Made by a program: the position numbers and the translations under genes
Notes under the pieces: model-generated
What the model saw: only the letters and a program-made list of their open reading frames with translations
Told to the model about the DNA's origin: nothing
Databases searched by the model: none
Shown here: one piece after another, positions 23,584 through 37,665 of the stretch
Numbering within the stretch: the first letter of the stretch is position 1
Layout of the letters: each line of letters starts with the position of its first letter
From: Chrysomallon squamiferum
Taxonomy: Eukaryota > Animalia > Mollusca
Length of the DNA: 64,000 nucleotides
Reading direction: 5' to 3'
NCBI GenBank assembly: GCA_012295275.1
Contig: CM022672.1
Location: forward strand, 13,578,001 to 13,642,000

Positions 23584-26500
23584 ATAATAATAATAATAAA
23601 TAAAGTAAAATTTTCTGTTTGATATTAAATATGAGAAAATACAAAAATTAAAATGACCATATGAAAATTTGCAATAAATTATAACTATCTTCTATTTTCA
23701 GTAAGGCAAAAAAAAAACACCATCTCTCCATATTGGTTCCATATTGGAAACAAAACTACATTTAGCTTTAATAACAAACAATCATAAAATGCCAAACAAT
23801 AAATATAAATGAAAAAAAACCAGATAATACATAGATTTAAAAGGTGCAATACAACTGGGTATAACTTACCTCTGAGCTTCAAGTTTTGCTCTAGTCGCTA
23901 TTTTTGTCATTTGCTCCGACTGTCTGCCGAATCGAGCTAGCGCCTCTAGCGCCCTCTGCAGGGCAAGTTTCCCTTCTCTGTCGATGTAGTCTTCAGCTGC
24001 TTCCAGCGCCACCTGGGCACGCGCAATTGCATCCTCGGAAATGTTGATGTCGCCGATCGTTTTCGACGCAGCATCGTCTGCAGCCCTGATGCTCTGTGTT
24101 ATCTGACCTGTTTTCTTCACAACTTCGTTGAGCGCAGCACGAAGATCCTGTAACTGTTTACCTATTGAACCATCGCCACCTGGAACGGGAAAAAAACACA
24201 CCAGTAAATTAGTGATTTACCATAATAGAGGTTTCCAACAACAGTGATTATTATTTTTAATTTGGAATGGTTAAAGATATCTAATAATAATAATAATAAT
24301 AATAATTTATGTTTTTATTTGCAAAATGAGATTTTGATAATGTATATATATATTTCATCAATAGTTTATAGATGTATTTTTTTTTTAACTCTTTAGCTTA
24401 ACAATACTTGTAGTGATCAAAATTCTGGATCTTAAGTGACATATATATTCATATATAATCAAAATTAGCTATATCTAGTAATAAACAATAATAATTAATT
24501 AAAATAAAGATAATCACAAAATTATTAGTCATAAAATATTCATCAATACATCCATCACACATTAATTATTAACATTTAGATTTTAATTAATTATAAGAAA
24601 GTTTTATTACATATGTAGTATATAAAAACTGTTATATATAAAAAAATTATTACATATGTAGTATATAAATATTATTACATATGTAGTGTATAAAAACTGT
24701 TATATATGTAGTATATAAATATTATTACACATGTAGTGTATAAAAACTTATATATAGTATATAAAAAATTACTCTTAGTAAGATTTAAAAATGATACTTA
24801 CTTGAAGCTCCCCGTGCATCACCTAACAAAACATTGACAGACGCATTCACAGCCTTCATGTAGGTGATAAACTCAGTGTCGTTGAACAGGCTGGGGTTGT
24901 TGCCGATGTTGTTGATGAGGTTGGTCAGCTCTCTCAGTTTAGTGCGATGGATGTTCACTTGTTCTTGAACCAAATCATAGCATCTTGGACAGTCTAGAAA
25001 CACCAATAACAAAACATCCATAAATAAATAAATAAATAAATAAATAGATAAATAAGACAAAGAACTTTCAAATATAAATTGAGAACAATCAAGTAATTTT
25101 AATAACTTTTAAAAAAAACTGAAACAGACTGCAATAAACTTAATCTTTTTTAAATTGTATTTTTTACCTAACTTCTAAATAAATAATAAATAACTTAGAA
25201 CATCTAGAAACACCAAAGATAAAACATAAATAAATAAATAAATAAATAAATAACACAAAAACAAATTTCAAATATAACTGAACAATCAAGTAATTAAAAT
25301 AAAAACAACAACTGAAATAAACTCCAATAAACTTAATCTTTTGTAAACAGTATTTTTTATCACTCTTACCTATATTTTCTTTTTCTAACTTTTAAATAAC
25401 TAATAAACGACTGTTATAACACGAACCTATACAACCAGCTGTTATGTTGTACTTGTTTTCCATACAACGGTCACATCGTCGCCCATCAACATTGGTTCTG
25501 CATGGACAGTTGCCGTACTCATCACACTGGAGATCAAGAGATCCCTCTGGCTCACAGTTACAGGCTGTAAAATAGAAACAGTGATGACTTTTTAGTGATT
25601 ATATAGAAAAATGTCACATATGTATAGCATACTAAATGTATTACTTATATAGCATATTAAAATTATTACATATATAGCAGATTTAAATAATAACACAATA
25701 TAAAAATAATTGTTACATATATGTCATATAAATATTATTACATAAATAGTACATACATGTAAAACCTGCTACATTTGTGTCATAAATTATTATAAAAAAT
25801 TGTTAAATATGTACAATATAATTATTACATACTTACTATAAAAATATTATATATGTAATAAAAAAATGTAACAAAAAATATAGCATATCATAATTGTTAT
25901 AGGTGCAGTAAACGAACATTATAATACAAATGTAAGTAAAAATTAATTACATTTTAAATAATTACTAAGAAAAACCATGATTAATAAATATATCAATAAT
26001 TTTATATATATAAAATAAGAAATAACTAAAAAAAATTATTAAATGCATTTCATAATTAAATAATTATTTGATCTATTATCAGTTACCTTGACAACCACTG
26101 GGTGAAAATCCGAAGTAGTATTTCTGACAGGTGTTGCACCTGCGTCCAGTCACACCTGGTTTACAAGAACACACACCTGTATCCTCTTCACAGGTGTAAT
26201 TAAGAGACCCCACCCTATCACAGTCACAACTCTCACAACCTGAAAATTGTAATCATTTTATTATCTTGTTTTTTCATAATAGTAATTAATGGTGTATCAG
26301 TCTGTATTATTTAAAATCAAGTTTTGTATAAGCAGTTAAGTTTATATTTAAATATGATTTTCTTTCTAGAAAATTATCTAACAAAAAGATATTCTTTTAA
26401 ACTGATTATGGAAAAAAGATACAACTTTTATTTATTTATTTATTTATTAATTTATTTATTTATTTAATTAGTTACTTATTTACTTATTTATTTATTTATT

Positions 26501-28115
26501 TATTTTGTTTTGTGAAATATAAAACAAAACAAAACATTAAACAGGTGTAAAGCATTGCTTCTTTACCTTTTAATTTTTCAGCACCCAATTTCAATTAATT
26601 TTTAAAACTGCAGCCCTTGGGTTAAATTTTATATTTTAATGGAAATGAGATATAATTATATAGTGTAATTATAATCATTTACACAATATAAATTATATAG
26701 CTTTTGACTGTCATTACCCATCTTGAAAATCACAGCAGCTGAAGTAAGTAACATAAAGAAAATTACTTTGTTTATATACAAAGTTAGTTTTTACCTTGAG
26801 CACTGACCAGATTCCAGTAGCCAGTCATACACTGGTTACACTGCTGACCTCTGACATTGGGCAGACAAGGACACTGACCAGTGGGGTCACAGGTTAGAAC
26901 TCCAGCCTGGATTGTTCCCAGAGGGTAACAGTTACATGCTAAAAAAAATAAAAACAGTTTTCTTGTTAAAATACTGGCATAATGCTAAGGTATTTTTTAA
27001 TGATTTTAAATGCATATAATTTTATTTTATTTTATTTTATTTATTTTTTTACTTGAAAAAACCAAATTAAGTTATTAAATTGTCAAAAGCATATCTGAAA
27101 AAAAAATAAAAAATGACGTTACTCAAAGAAAAGAATATTTTTATTGCCAAATAAGTAGTATGACATTAGTTTTATTCCTATACAGGTTTTTTGATCATAT
27201 TTTGTGAAAAAACATTTTACTAAAAATAAAAAATCTATCAGTATTGTAATACTCTATAAAAAAAAAGAAGAAGACAGAAAACAAAAACCACTTACGTTGA
27301 CACTGCCCTTTGGGTAAAGAAACAGCATCACCATAGAAACTAGGCAGACATTTTTCACAGTAGAATCCAGCAGTGTTGTAAATACATTTCAGACATTCAC
27401 CAGTAGTTCTGAAATATAAATTTCATTTTTAAATTTATTTTACTAAATAATCATCTAAGATCTTCTTAAACAAAATCATCAGTTTTATTTATTTTATTTT
27501 TTTTTTTTTTTATCATTTCCATTTTTACATACAGAAATAATGAACCAACAAGTTTTTTTATTGTACATTAATATTAAACAGCCAGAATCTGAGACAAATA
27601 ATACAGAAAATGGAATTTGTGGCTTTAGTCTAAATATAAAACTTGCTGGAGTATCTGATGGTAATTTTTGAGTACTGGACTCACGTATTGCAGTTTCCAA
27701 CAGCATTGGGGTCGATGTTGTCATTGCAGAAACATTTCTGACACGGTCTGCGATTTGCCGGGTCTCCAAAGTAACCATCCAAGCAAAGTTCACACTTGTT
27801 TCCTGCGAAACAAAATACTTTCTTTAAAACTTATATTTATTTCAAAAACTATATATGTTATAATGCTATTTTATCATTGGTTTTAAACAGAATAATATCT
27901 GAGGTTTGCCATTAGCTATAAAATAATTTTAAAGATTAATTAAAGATGTAAAAAAGGACCATAGTATGTTAGATGATGTGTTACTGTTTGATGCTGATAA
28001 TGTTGTTACAAGCCAAATAGAATCATTTACAGGTGCAAACACATGTGAAATATATTTTTTTTTAACATACAAAAACATTTCTGTAGCATCACTCACACAC
28101 ACGTACAGACAGACA

Positions 28116-28168
<53 letters not shown>

Positions 28169-29149
28169 AACACAGTTCAGACATTATTGTAAGGAACAAT
28201 TTGTGCTCTTGAATAATTTCCTTCAAACATTACTCCCAAAAAATTTAAACATACAAATTATAAAAAAAATATATATATTTATATCTATATGCCTTTATAA
28301 TCTATATTTTTATATTTACACATGAACATTTATAAGATACAGATCAAATATTTTAAGTATAACAAATATTGATTGTGAAAACAAAAATACACTTATTTAT
28401 ACATTAACCCCCACACCTCCATAGCCCTCTGCACACTCAGTACAGACCACTTCACTGTTGGGCAGCTGGACACAAGCTCCACCTCCAGGGCAGGGACAAG
28501 GCTTGCAGTCCTGTGGGGTCCCTTGACGAGCATCACCATAGTAACCAGGTGCACACTGATCACAGAAGTCACCGACAGTGTGGTGCTGGCAAATACATCG
28601 TCCTGCGATTGGAATCAGACGCGTCACATTTCAATACAAACAAGCAAAAATTCTCAAAAATTATTTCTAATCCATTTTACCTTTTTTTTTTTTTTTTTTT
28701 TTTTTCTGGTTTCAAAACTCATTACCTCTTCACAAATACGAAAAAATACTTCCAGTGTTTTCTAAATAATGATTTTAAAAATTAAAATGTGTTGATAATT
28801 TAAGTAATTCACAAAGGAAGTCAACATCAAGTTGATTACTTACCACTGTTTCCATCACAGACGTCCGAATGACCATTGCAGACGCAGGGTACACAGGTGG
28901 CAAAGGGGCCACCATTTGGTGGGTCTCTCTTGAATCCCGGGGCGCAGGACTCACAGAACTGACCCACATACCCCTCCGGGCAGGTACACTGCTCCACCCA
29001 GGTGGCTTCGTCGCCAGCATTGAAACCACGGCGAGCTGTCTCCAGTTTAACATCGTCAATAAAACCAACACCTGTCAGAAAATAATTATAAATGAATAAT
29101 TATTATCGCTACGATTGTTCTTGTTGTTTCTCTTCTTCTTATCATTACT

Positions 29150-29189
<40 letters not shown>

Positions 29190-30793
29190 GTTGTTGTTGT
29201 TGTTGTTATTCTTGATATTATTATTATATATATGATGGCTTATAAAATAACAAATAGAACAATTTTTTTTTTTTCTTAAATTTATATATTATTTATTCTA
29301 CAATCACAAGCCTTAAAATCTTTTAACATAATTCTTCTTTATTAATTTCCTTTTCTTTTCTCATTCATTTTTTTTTTTCTCTTTGGTTCTTTATTTTTTT
29401 TTTCTCACACAATTGTTATTGCAGTAGGAATGTAAGAAAATATCTCAGATAATACATTATCCTCAGAATTCTGCATTTCACAAATCTAATGATGAAAGAT
29501 TTCTTTTTCTGTGTTTTGGCGGATACATTTCAATTCTTTGAAAAACAGTCACTTTTGGTTACTTCAAAAATGTTCCTGACAATGTTAGAAAATATTTTCT
29601 TGTTTATAATACAAAATCTTTTTTTTTTCCTAATTCAAACAGTTTTTCAAATAAATAATAATAATAATAATAATAAAAATAAATAGATTTTCTTCAAAAA
29701 CACTTTTTTTACCTTGTGGATTGTACGTTGCTCTGATCTTTAATGCAGTGACATTGGCCAGAATTGCAATCATATCCTCAGCTTTAAGTCTGGGAGACCA
29801 CTGGTAATCTGGATGTTCGTGCAGTCGGAATTTGAAATCATGTTTTTCCACTGTGGGCATGGGATTCCCTCCTCCAAAGATAGGCAGTGAAATCTGCTGA
29901 CCTGCTCCTTCGATGACAACATCAATAATAGAAGCTCTGGCACTCTGTTCACCAATTCTGAGGTTGAATCTTAAAAACTGGTTGTAGCTGAATCTCTGGT
30001 CACCAAGGTAACGACCTGAAACAGAAAAAAACATCTGACAGTAAGTAAAAAAAAAAAAAAAAAAAAAAAAAATTACTTTTTTCTTCATTGAGAATAATGT
30101 CTGAAGAAATCTATCAAAAATGTATTTTGTTTTTTTCATATTGTATAAAACATTTTTAAAATAATTTCTCAAATTAAATTTATTTTTATTATTTTTTTTA
30201 TATTCAATGATTTTATCCTATTATATAATAATAATGACAAATTTTTGAATACATAAAATGTATTTATGGTATTTCTTCAGTAATAGTGGCACAACATTTT
30301 AAGAAATATTACCTGTGTTTTTAAAAAGTAAAATTTTATTTTTAATTTTTATTTACCTGGAGCAAGAAAATATATTGGATCTGAACTTTCAGCTGACACT
30401 CCGAGATTCTGAGTATACCCATTATACTGAGTCTCAATGACATTGCCACGGCGATCCACAGCCGTCCATCTTTGTTTTCCTGCAAGTTTATTAAAGTTTA
30501 GGAAATTTAATTATTTAAACAATCAGTTAACAACCAAACATGAAGTATTAATAATACATGGTGTTTATTTCCTGGGTAACCTAATGACATGAAAAGAACA
30601 GATTATTTTATGTTACGAATATTTAATACTGATCCATCATATAAATATGATCAGTAAAGAGTAACTGATTAATTATATTGCATGTTGTTCGTACTTATGT
30701 TTAAGAAAAAGTTAAGTGTTTGTCATGAATTCAATATATAAATTTTAAAATTTAGGAAATTCAAATAATAATAAAATATAAACAAAGAAACAA

Positions 30794-30858
<65 letters not shown>

Positions 30859-33800
30859 CAATAATAATAATAAAGAAAAAAGAAAAAAAACCCAGTATAG
30901 TACAAAAAACAAAATCATGTAAATGAAAGTTAAGAGATTACTCGTAATAAGAAACAATGACTATTTTCTATGAATTCTTTAAAATTATTTGTTTGTAATG
31001 TGTACCTGTCTCAAAATCTGAAAGTATGCTTCTAGCATAGTAACCAGGTGCACTCTGACAAATGGTGGAATGCGAGTAACAAAAACACGGTACACATCCA
31101 AAAGGGTTGGCTTCACTCAGTCCAAAGAAACCTGGTTTACACCTTCACAATTAAAAAAGAAAAACAACAAAAGAACTATAACAACAGTATTTTGAAGAAA
31201 AACAACCAAAAATGAAATTACTGAAAACAAAATTTGGAATAATTTTGTGACATGCTGATAAAACGTAAAGGAATACTAGGTTCGTGTTTTATTTTAAAAT
31301 ATTTCAGTTAAAAAGCAACTACTGAAGAAAACTGTATAAATATACAAAGCAAGCTTTTGCCTTTAAATAGGTGAAATTATGATATGTAGTTAGAGACACC
31401 TTCTCTTCCAAGTATACGCACACACACATGCATGCACACACACACACACACACACACACACAACGTGAAAAACCACTTTTGCCTGGTTTCTGATTGGACT
31501 TAGCTGTCATAAACAGGTTTAACTGAAAGTTATGTATGATATTTCATACCCAGTGACACATATAACAGATATTACACAGGCCAGTGTGAAATACACTACT
31601 TACGTGTCACAGTTCTGTCCCTCCACATTCTCTTTACATGTGCAGACTCCAGTTCTTGTGTCACATCGAGGCTCATTGTTGTAACTGCCTGCCACAGAAC
31701 ATGAACACGGCCTACGGAAGGAAAAAAGAAAGACAGATTATTCACCATCAGTTTTATTGTAACAAACGTCAGCCAGAATTTCAGTTTTTATAATCCTTTG
31801 GTTACCGACAGTATAGATATTTGAGAAGTCACATTTCAAAATCATATTTCATAAAATCACCATTATAAATTATCAACATAAGGGTCACTGACTATTTTGG
31901 TTTATTAATAAGAAGAGAATATATTTTAGAAAATTATTCTGCATGTTAAAATCTTATTAACTGAGAACTGCAGTTGGAACCGGATAAACCCGTATTAAGT
32001 GACTGTCTTATGCATAATATGGTCACAGAATCCAACAACACATAAAACAAACTTTTGTGTCTTATTAATATTTAATTAACAGCAATTAATATTTAGTTGA
32101 TTATTTCAGAAGTAATTTAAAAAAACAAAATCATATTGGTTAAATTATGAAGAGTATAGCAAAAAATGTGCTGATTAAGATTAACTGAACTATAATTAAG
32201 CTATAGACATTTTTTATGAAAAGAACTTCATTTCATATTTTAATTTTTTTTTTTATTTACATTCTTGTTCTGACATGTAAGAAGTAAACAATGACAATTT
32301 GTTCAAATGCTTAACAAAAAAAAAAAAAAAATAATAATAATAATAATTAAAAAAAAAGCAATTTAATTTTCTGCAAATTAAACAATCTGCTATGAATATC
32401 TGACACTGTGTGACCGCCCATTCTAACGTTTCTATTTGCTGATGGCTTTTATTACCTGGTCGCAGGTAAAAAGTCGCACAGGTAATTTAGCAAGCTATCT
32501 AATTTCACCTCAATACCACCTGTAGATAAAATGACAATGAAGTATCCAGTGTCAAAACAAAATAACCGAGGTCAGCAGGACTGAGTTACCAGCGAACCTC
32601 CTTGTGGGAAGGTATTGAGTTTGCATGTCACACCACAAAAGGTTTTTGTTTTCCACTCGTTCGGATGTGTAATTCAAAAAGGTTGCAGAAATACGTGGAC
32701 GTCAGTGATTTACGAAGTGTTACTAATTTACAGACTTATGACACATTTCTGTCATGAAGATGTCTTTTTAAAGCAGTCATTATTTTGTGCACGCAAATAA
32801 TGCAAACACAGTTTATATACAACCTTAACACAAACATGTATACATACTTATATAACAAATGCTTAAAAAAATTTATCTTGATTTATTAATTAAACATACG
32901 TGCATGCACTCACATTTAGAGTTGTATACAAAATGATGAAGACAAATAGATGAAGTTTGAAATATTTTTTTTTTTATGCAATATGCTAAAGGAATACACT
33001 AATACTAATTATAAACAAGATATTTTTTAAACATAATCATTATGCTTCTGAAATTGGTTGGACAGAAGGACTGACAGACATACACACTTATGTACAAAAA
33101 GATAACACAAACAACACAGATAAATAGAAACATACAGACAGATGCACATATAAAGACACAGAAAATACGCATATATTCATTTATTCATACACATACACAT
33201 ATCAATAGATATACAATATACATACACGCATGTACACAGACACACACATATACACATATACATACAAACATACAGGCAGACAGTCACACACACACAGATA
33301 TATACACAGGCAAGGCAAACATACTGACTGACAGACAGAGATATAAATACACAAACGGAACTGATTAGAGCAACTATCTAATAACTCAACAAGAACTCAT
33401 CTGCTCTGTAACAGGTCATTCCTGAAATACAACATTCATTCCAGGAACACCTCATTTCACCTGTCTGTGGATGACTCACCTGCACCCGTAGTTGCTGAAG
33501 TCGTAGAAATTGGGAGCACACCTGTCACACTTATCACCTGACACACCTGGCTTGCACCTACATCGGCCGTCCTGACCACACTGCTGACTCTCAGAGCCTG
33601 AAAATTAAAACAGGTAATTAAAAATACAGTAGTACAAGATGAAAGAAAATAATAAATGTTTAAAACATTTCTGGTTGATTTTATTTATATTATTGGTTTT
33701 GTTGTTGTTGTTGTTTGTTGGGCAGGATTTGTTTTCTGTTTGTTGCTTTTATAAAATTTAATATATTTTTTAATATATATGTTTGATATGGTATTGTATT

Positions 33801-36800
33801 AACAGCCAATCAGTCATAACTATTGTTCTTTATATAAGGGTCAGCTTAATATCTTATTACTGATATATTAAACTGATAATTTCGTAAGAAATGCATTCAT
33901 GTAGGTTCCTGTTAAAAATAATAATGATAATAATTTTAAAAATATATAAAAATTAAAAAAATCTGAAAAACACTATAACTGTAGTTGCATTAACTGCAAC
34001 ATAAAATGCAATTTTAAATTTTATCATGAACCTTTACTTTAAAAATATTTCCAATTAAAATTCTGCATACATTCCACTTACTTATATTCAATTAAACTTT
34101 CCATATTACATAAAACATGAAAACAATTAAACCATATTTTTTTTTTTTTTTTTTTAAAACCCATTAAATTTTATTAATTGAAATTGAAACATTCAATATT
34201 ATTGTAATTTTTTTAAAATGTTTTAGTACTGTCGGAATAAATTATGAGAATAGAAGTTATTAATTTACAAACTAATAATGACTTTTGTTTACCTGTGGGG
34301 TTACACCTGCAGTCAACACATCTGTTTTCTGGCTGTCGTCTGTAGTGGTTGGGCAGACACAGTTCACAGTGCACGCCGTCAGCGTTGTCGCGGCAGTCTA
34401 CACAGTGTCCGCCGTGGCCAGTGCGCTGATACAGCTCCTGGTCAAAGTAACACTTGTCAGAAAGTCCCTTACAGTCGCAGGCTGAAATAAAGTAATTTAG
34501 AAAAGTTGTCAAATATTGTTAAAAAATAAAAATAAATCTATATTCTGTAACATACTATGTAGAAAAAGTAACATTTGTTAGAATGTCCCTTACAAACACA
34601 GGCTAAAATAAAATAATGGAAAAAAGTGTTAAATATTGTTAAAATATAAAAACAAATATATACTCATTCATTCTGAAACCATCAATCTATAAAAAGAAAC
34701 ATTTGTCCTAAAGCCCATAAAAGTCATAGGTTAAATAAATAATTTAGAAAAGTGTTAAATATTGTTAAATGCAAAAACATTAAAATAAAATCAGTTATAT
34801 ACTCTTGTATTCTGTAATCTTCTACAAAAAGTCATTTAATAAGTTTATCGTGTTCCAACCTGAAATACCTCCTCGTTGACATAACTCAGTCTACATTTTT
34901 AACATGCAATATGATTTTCAAAAACATTTCCTTCCTATTAGTAAAACACAATAAATTTTATCAAGCATAATTGTAATCAAAATAAATAAATAAACAAACA
35001 AACAAAAACAATTCTAAATAAACAAAGTCCTTCAATACATTAACAAAAATATAATCAAAATAAATAAATAAACAAACAAACAAAAAACAGTCACTTTACT
35101 TTCTACTTACTGTGTCATTTTTTAAAGTCCTTCAGACAGATAGTAAGCATTAACAAAAATATAAAAATTATTTAAACTTTTGACTCATGAGTCATGTTTT
35201 ATAAAAAGATGAGTAAAAATAAATATAAAATAAACAACAAAAAACTCTAAAATAAATTAAACTAATGCCTTTTCTTCTTTTAAAATATAAATATATATAT
35301 CTAAAATAAATATATAATAAAAGGAAATTATGCAAAGTTTATTTTTCTTCTTAAATTTGTTATATGACTTCAAAGCTGCAAATATACATATATAAATTGT
35401 TCGTTTTGCTTTGTTTTTTAAATAAGCATTAAAAAAAAGAAGAAAAAAAACCCATCAGAGAACTGAAAATGGATGTCTGAATAACTGTAAGCTGGCTTCT
35501 ATCAGACACATTCATGCATGCCTGTCATAGGCTTACACTGTGACAGCTACAAAGTTTTGTTGAAGTCAGTGAGATGTTAATTTACATTATACATTACAGT
35601 TTAGGTAAAACTAAAATCCATGAAAAACCATAATATTATTATTAGTTATTAAAAACTTTTGTAAACATTCCTGGAGTAATACAGTGAAACCTCTCCAAAC
35701 TGGACACTCACTAAACTGGGATTCCTCCAAAACTGAATGATTTACAAACAGTCCTTTGATTTATCAAATATTAAAATGTAAAACCTAAGTGAACCAAACA
35801 CACATGTCCAATCCAAACATTTTACTTGGTCATAACAGTGTTCAGTTTTGAAGAGTTTCACTGTTTTACATATGTAAACATTAACAATGGTATCTTTGAA
35901 AAGATATGATATATTATTAAATAATCTATATGAACACTTAAGAAACAATATTGTTAGTTGATTTATATATATTATATTATATTATAATATCATTACATTA
36001 CATTACATTATATTATATATTATTATATTATGTTTTATTGTATTTTTTATAAATGCAAACATTAATGGGATACTTACTAACATATACAACACTGTTAATC
36101 TATGTAAACACTTAAGAAATACCACTGTTAGTAGATAAGTAAGTAAAGAGATATGGAATAACACTGTTAATTGACATTGTATAACACTGATAACAAGTTA
36201 CCAGAAGCCTATGTAATTCTGGTAAAATGACATCTATATAAAACTGGTCCAAAGTTATTAGACACCTATTTGACACTGCTATGAAGTTATCAGACACCTA
36301 CATAAAACTAGTAATAAGTTATCAGACACCTACATAACATTGGTAATAGGTTATCAGACACCTATATAACATTGGTAACAGGTTATCAGACACCTGTGTA
36401 ACATTGGTAATAAGTTATCAGACACCTGTGTAACATTGGTAATAAGTTATCAGACACCTATACGACATTGGTAACAGGTTATCAGACAATAAGGTTTATC
36501 AGACACCTATATAACATTGGTAACAGGTTATCAGACACCTGTGTAACATTGGTAACAGGTTATCAGACACCTATACGACATTGGTAACAGGTTATCAGAC
36601 ACCTATACAACATTGGTAACAGGTTATCAGACACCTATACAACATTGGTAACAGGTTATCAGACACCTGTGTAACATTGGTAATAAGTTATCAGACACCT
36701 GTGTAACATTGGTAATAAGTTATCAGACACCTGTGTAACATTGGTAATAAGTTATCAGACACCTACCTAAACATTCATGGGCATCTCTCTCTGTTGCTCT

Positions 36801-37585
36801 CCTCCACGGCCGGTCATTGTAGAATGGCAAACATTCCTCGCAGTTTGGACCCTGGGTGTTGTGCTCACACTTACAAAGCAGAGAGTCTTCCAGTCCCTGC
36901 CCTGTCACCAGTTCACACCTGTTACTGTGACCGTTACATTTGCACCTGCAATTAAATTATAATGTTTATATATAAATAAAATGTTATCATTATCTTTTTG
37001 ATTTTTTTTTTTTTTTTTTTGGATTTTTTTAAAATTATTAATACATCTTTATCATTTTTAATATTATTCTAATCATAAACATCATCATCCATTGCTCAGC
37101 TTCAAATGTATACTAAACTATATGTTAATGTTTCAGTATTTCCAATTCTGTTTACTTATTATCTCGTTTGAATATAATTGTTTTGTTCTTCTTTTATTAT
37201 TAGTATATTTTGACTATAAATATATTATTATCAAAAATGATTGCTTATAATAATTTAACAGAAAAAGAAAATAAGAAAGAAAAAAAGAAAAAACAAAATC
37301 TCCACTAAAACAAAAAACCCCACTCAGTCTGATGACGTACCTTGCACCTACAGCTAAATCTGAAATGGCATAAAAATATGACTTGAGTACTTGTGGGTCT
37401 CCGAACACTTCATCTCCAAATGTGTTCATGCGGGTAAGTACTATCCTGATTTCTGAGGCTGTTACCCAGTCCTATAATTGAATAAATGAATAAATAAATA
37501 AATAAATGAATGAATGAATGAATGAACACAGAACAGGAGAAAAAGAGAAAATGAGAGAAAACAGGAAAAGACAAAGTCAAAGAAA

Positions 37586-37665
<80 letters not shown>

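Noticed and set aside
33978-34012. tgtagttgcatt resembling part of miR-33
   Set aside because: The seed end does not match and there is no convincing precursor hairpin.
36250-36766. CRISPR-like arrays (also 19960-20615 and 9160-9690)
   Set aside because: Units are head-to-tail with no unique spacers, there are no cas genes, and the context is eukaryotic.
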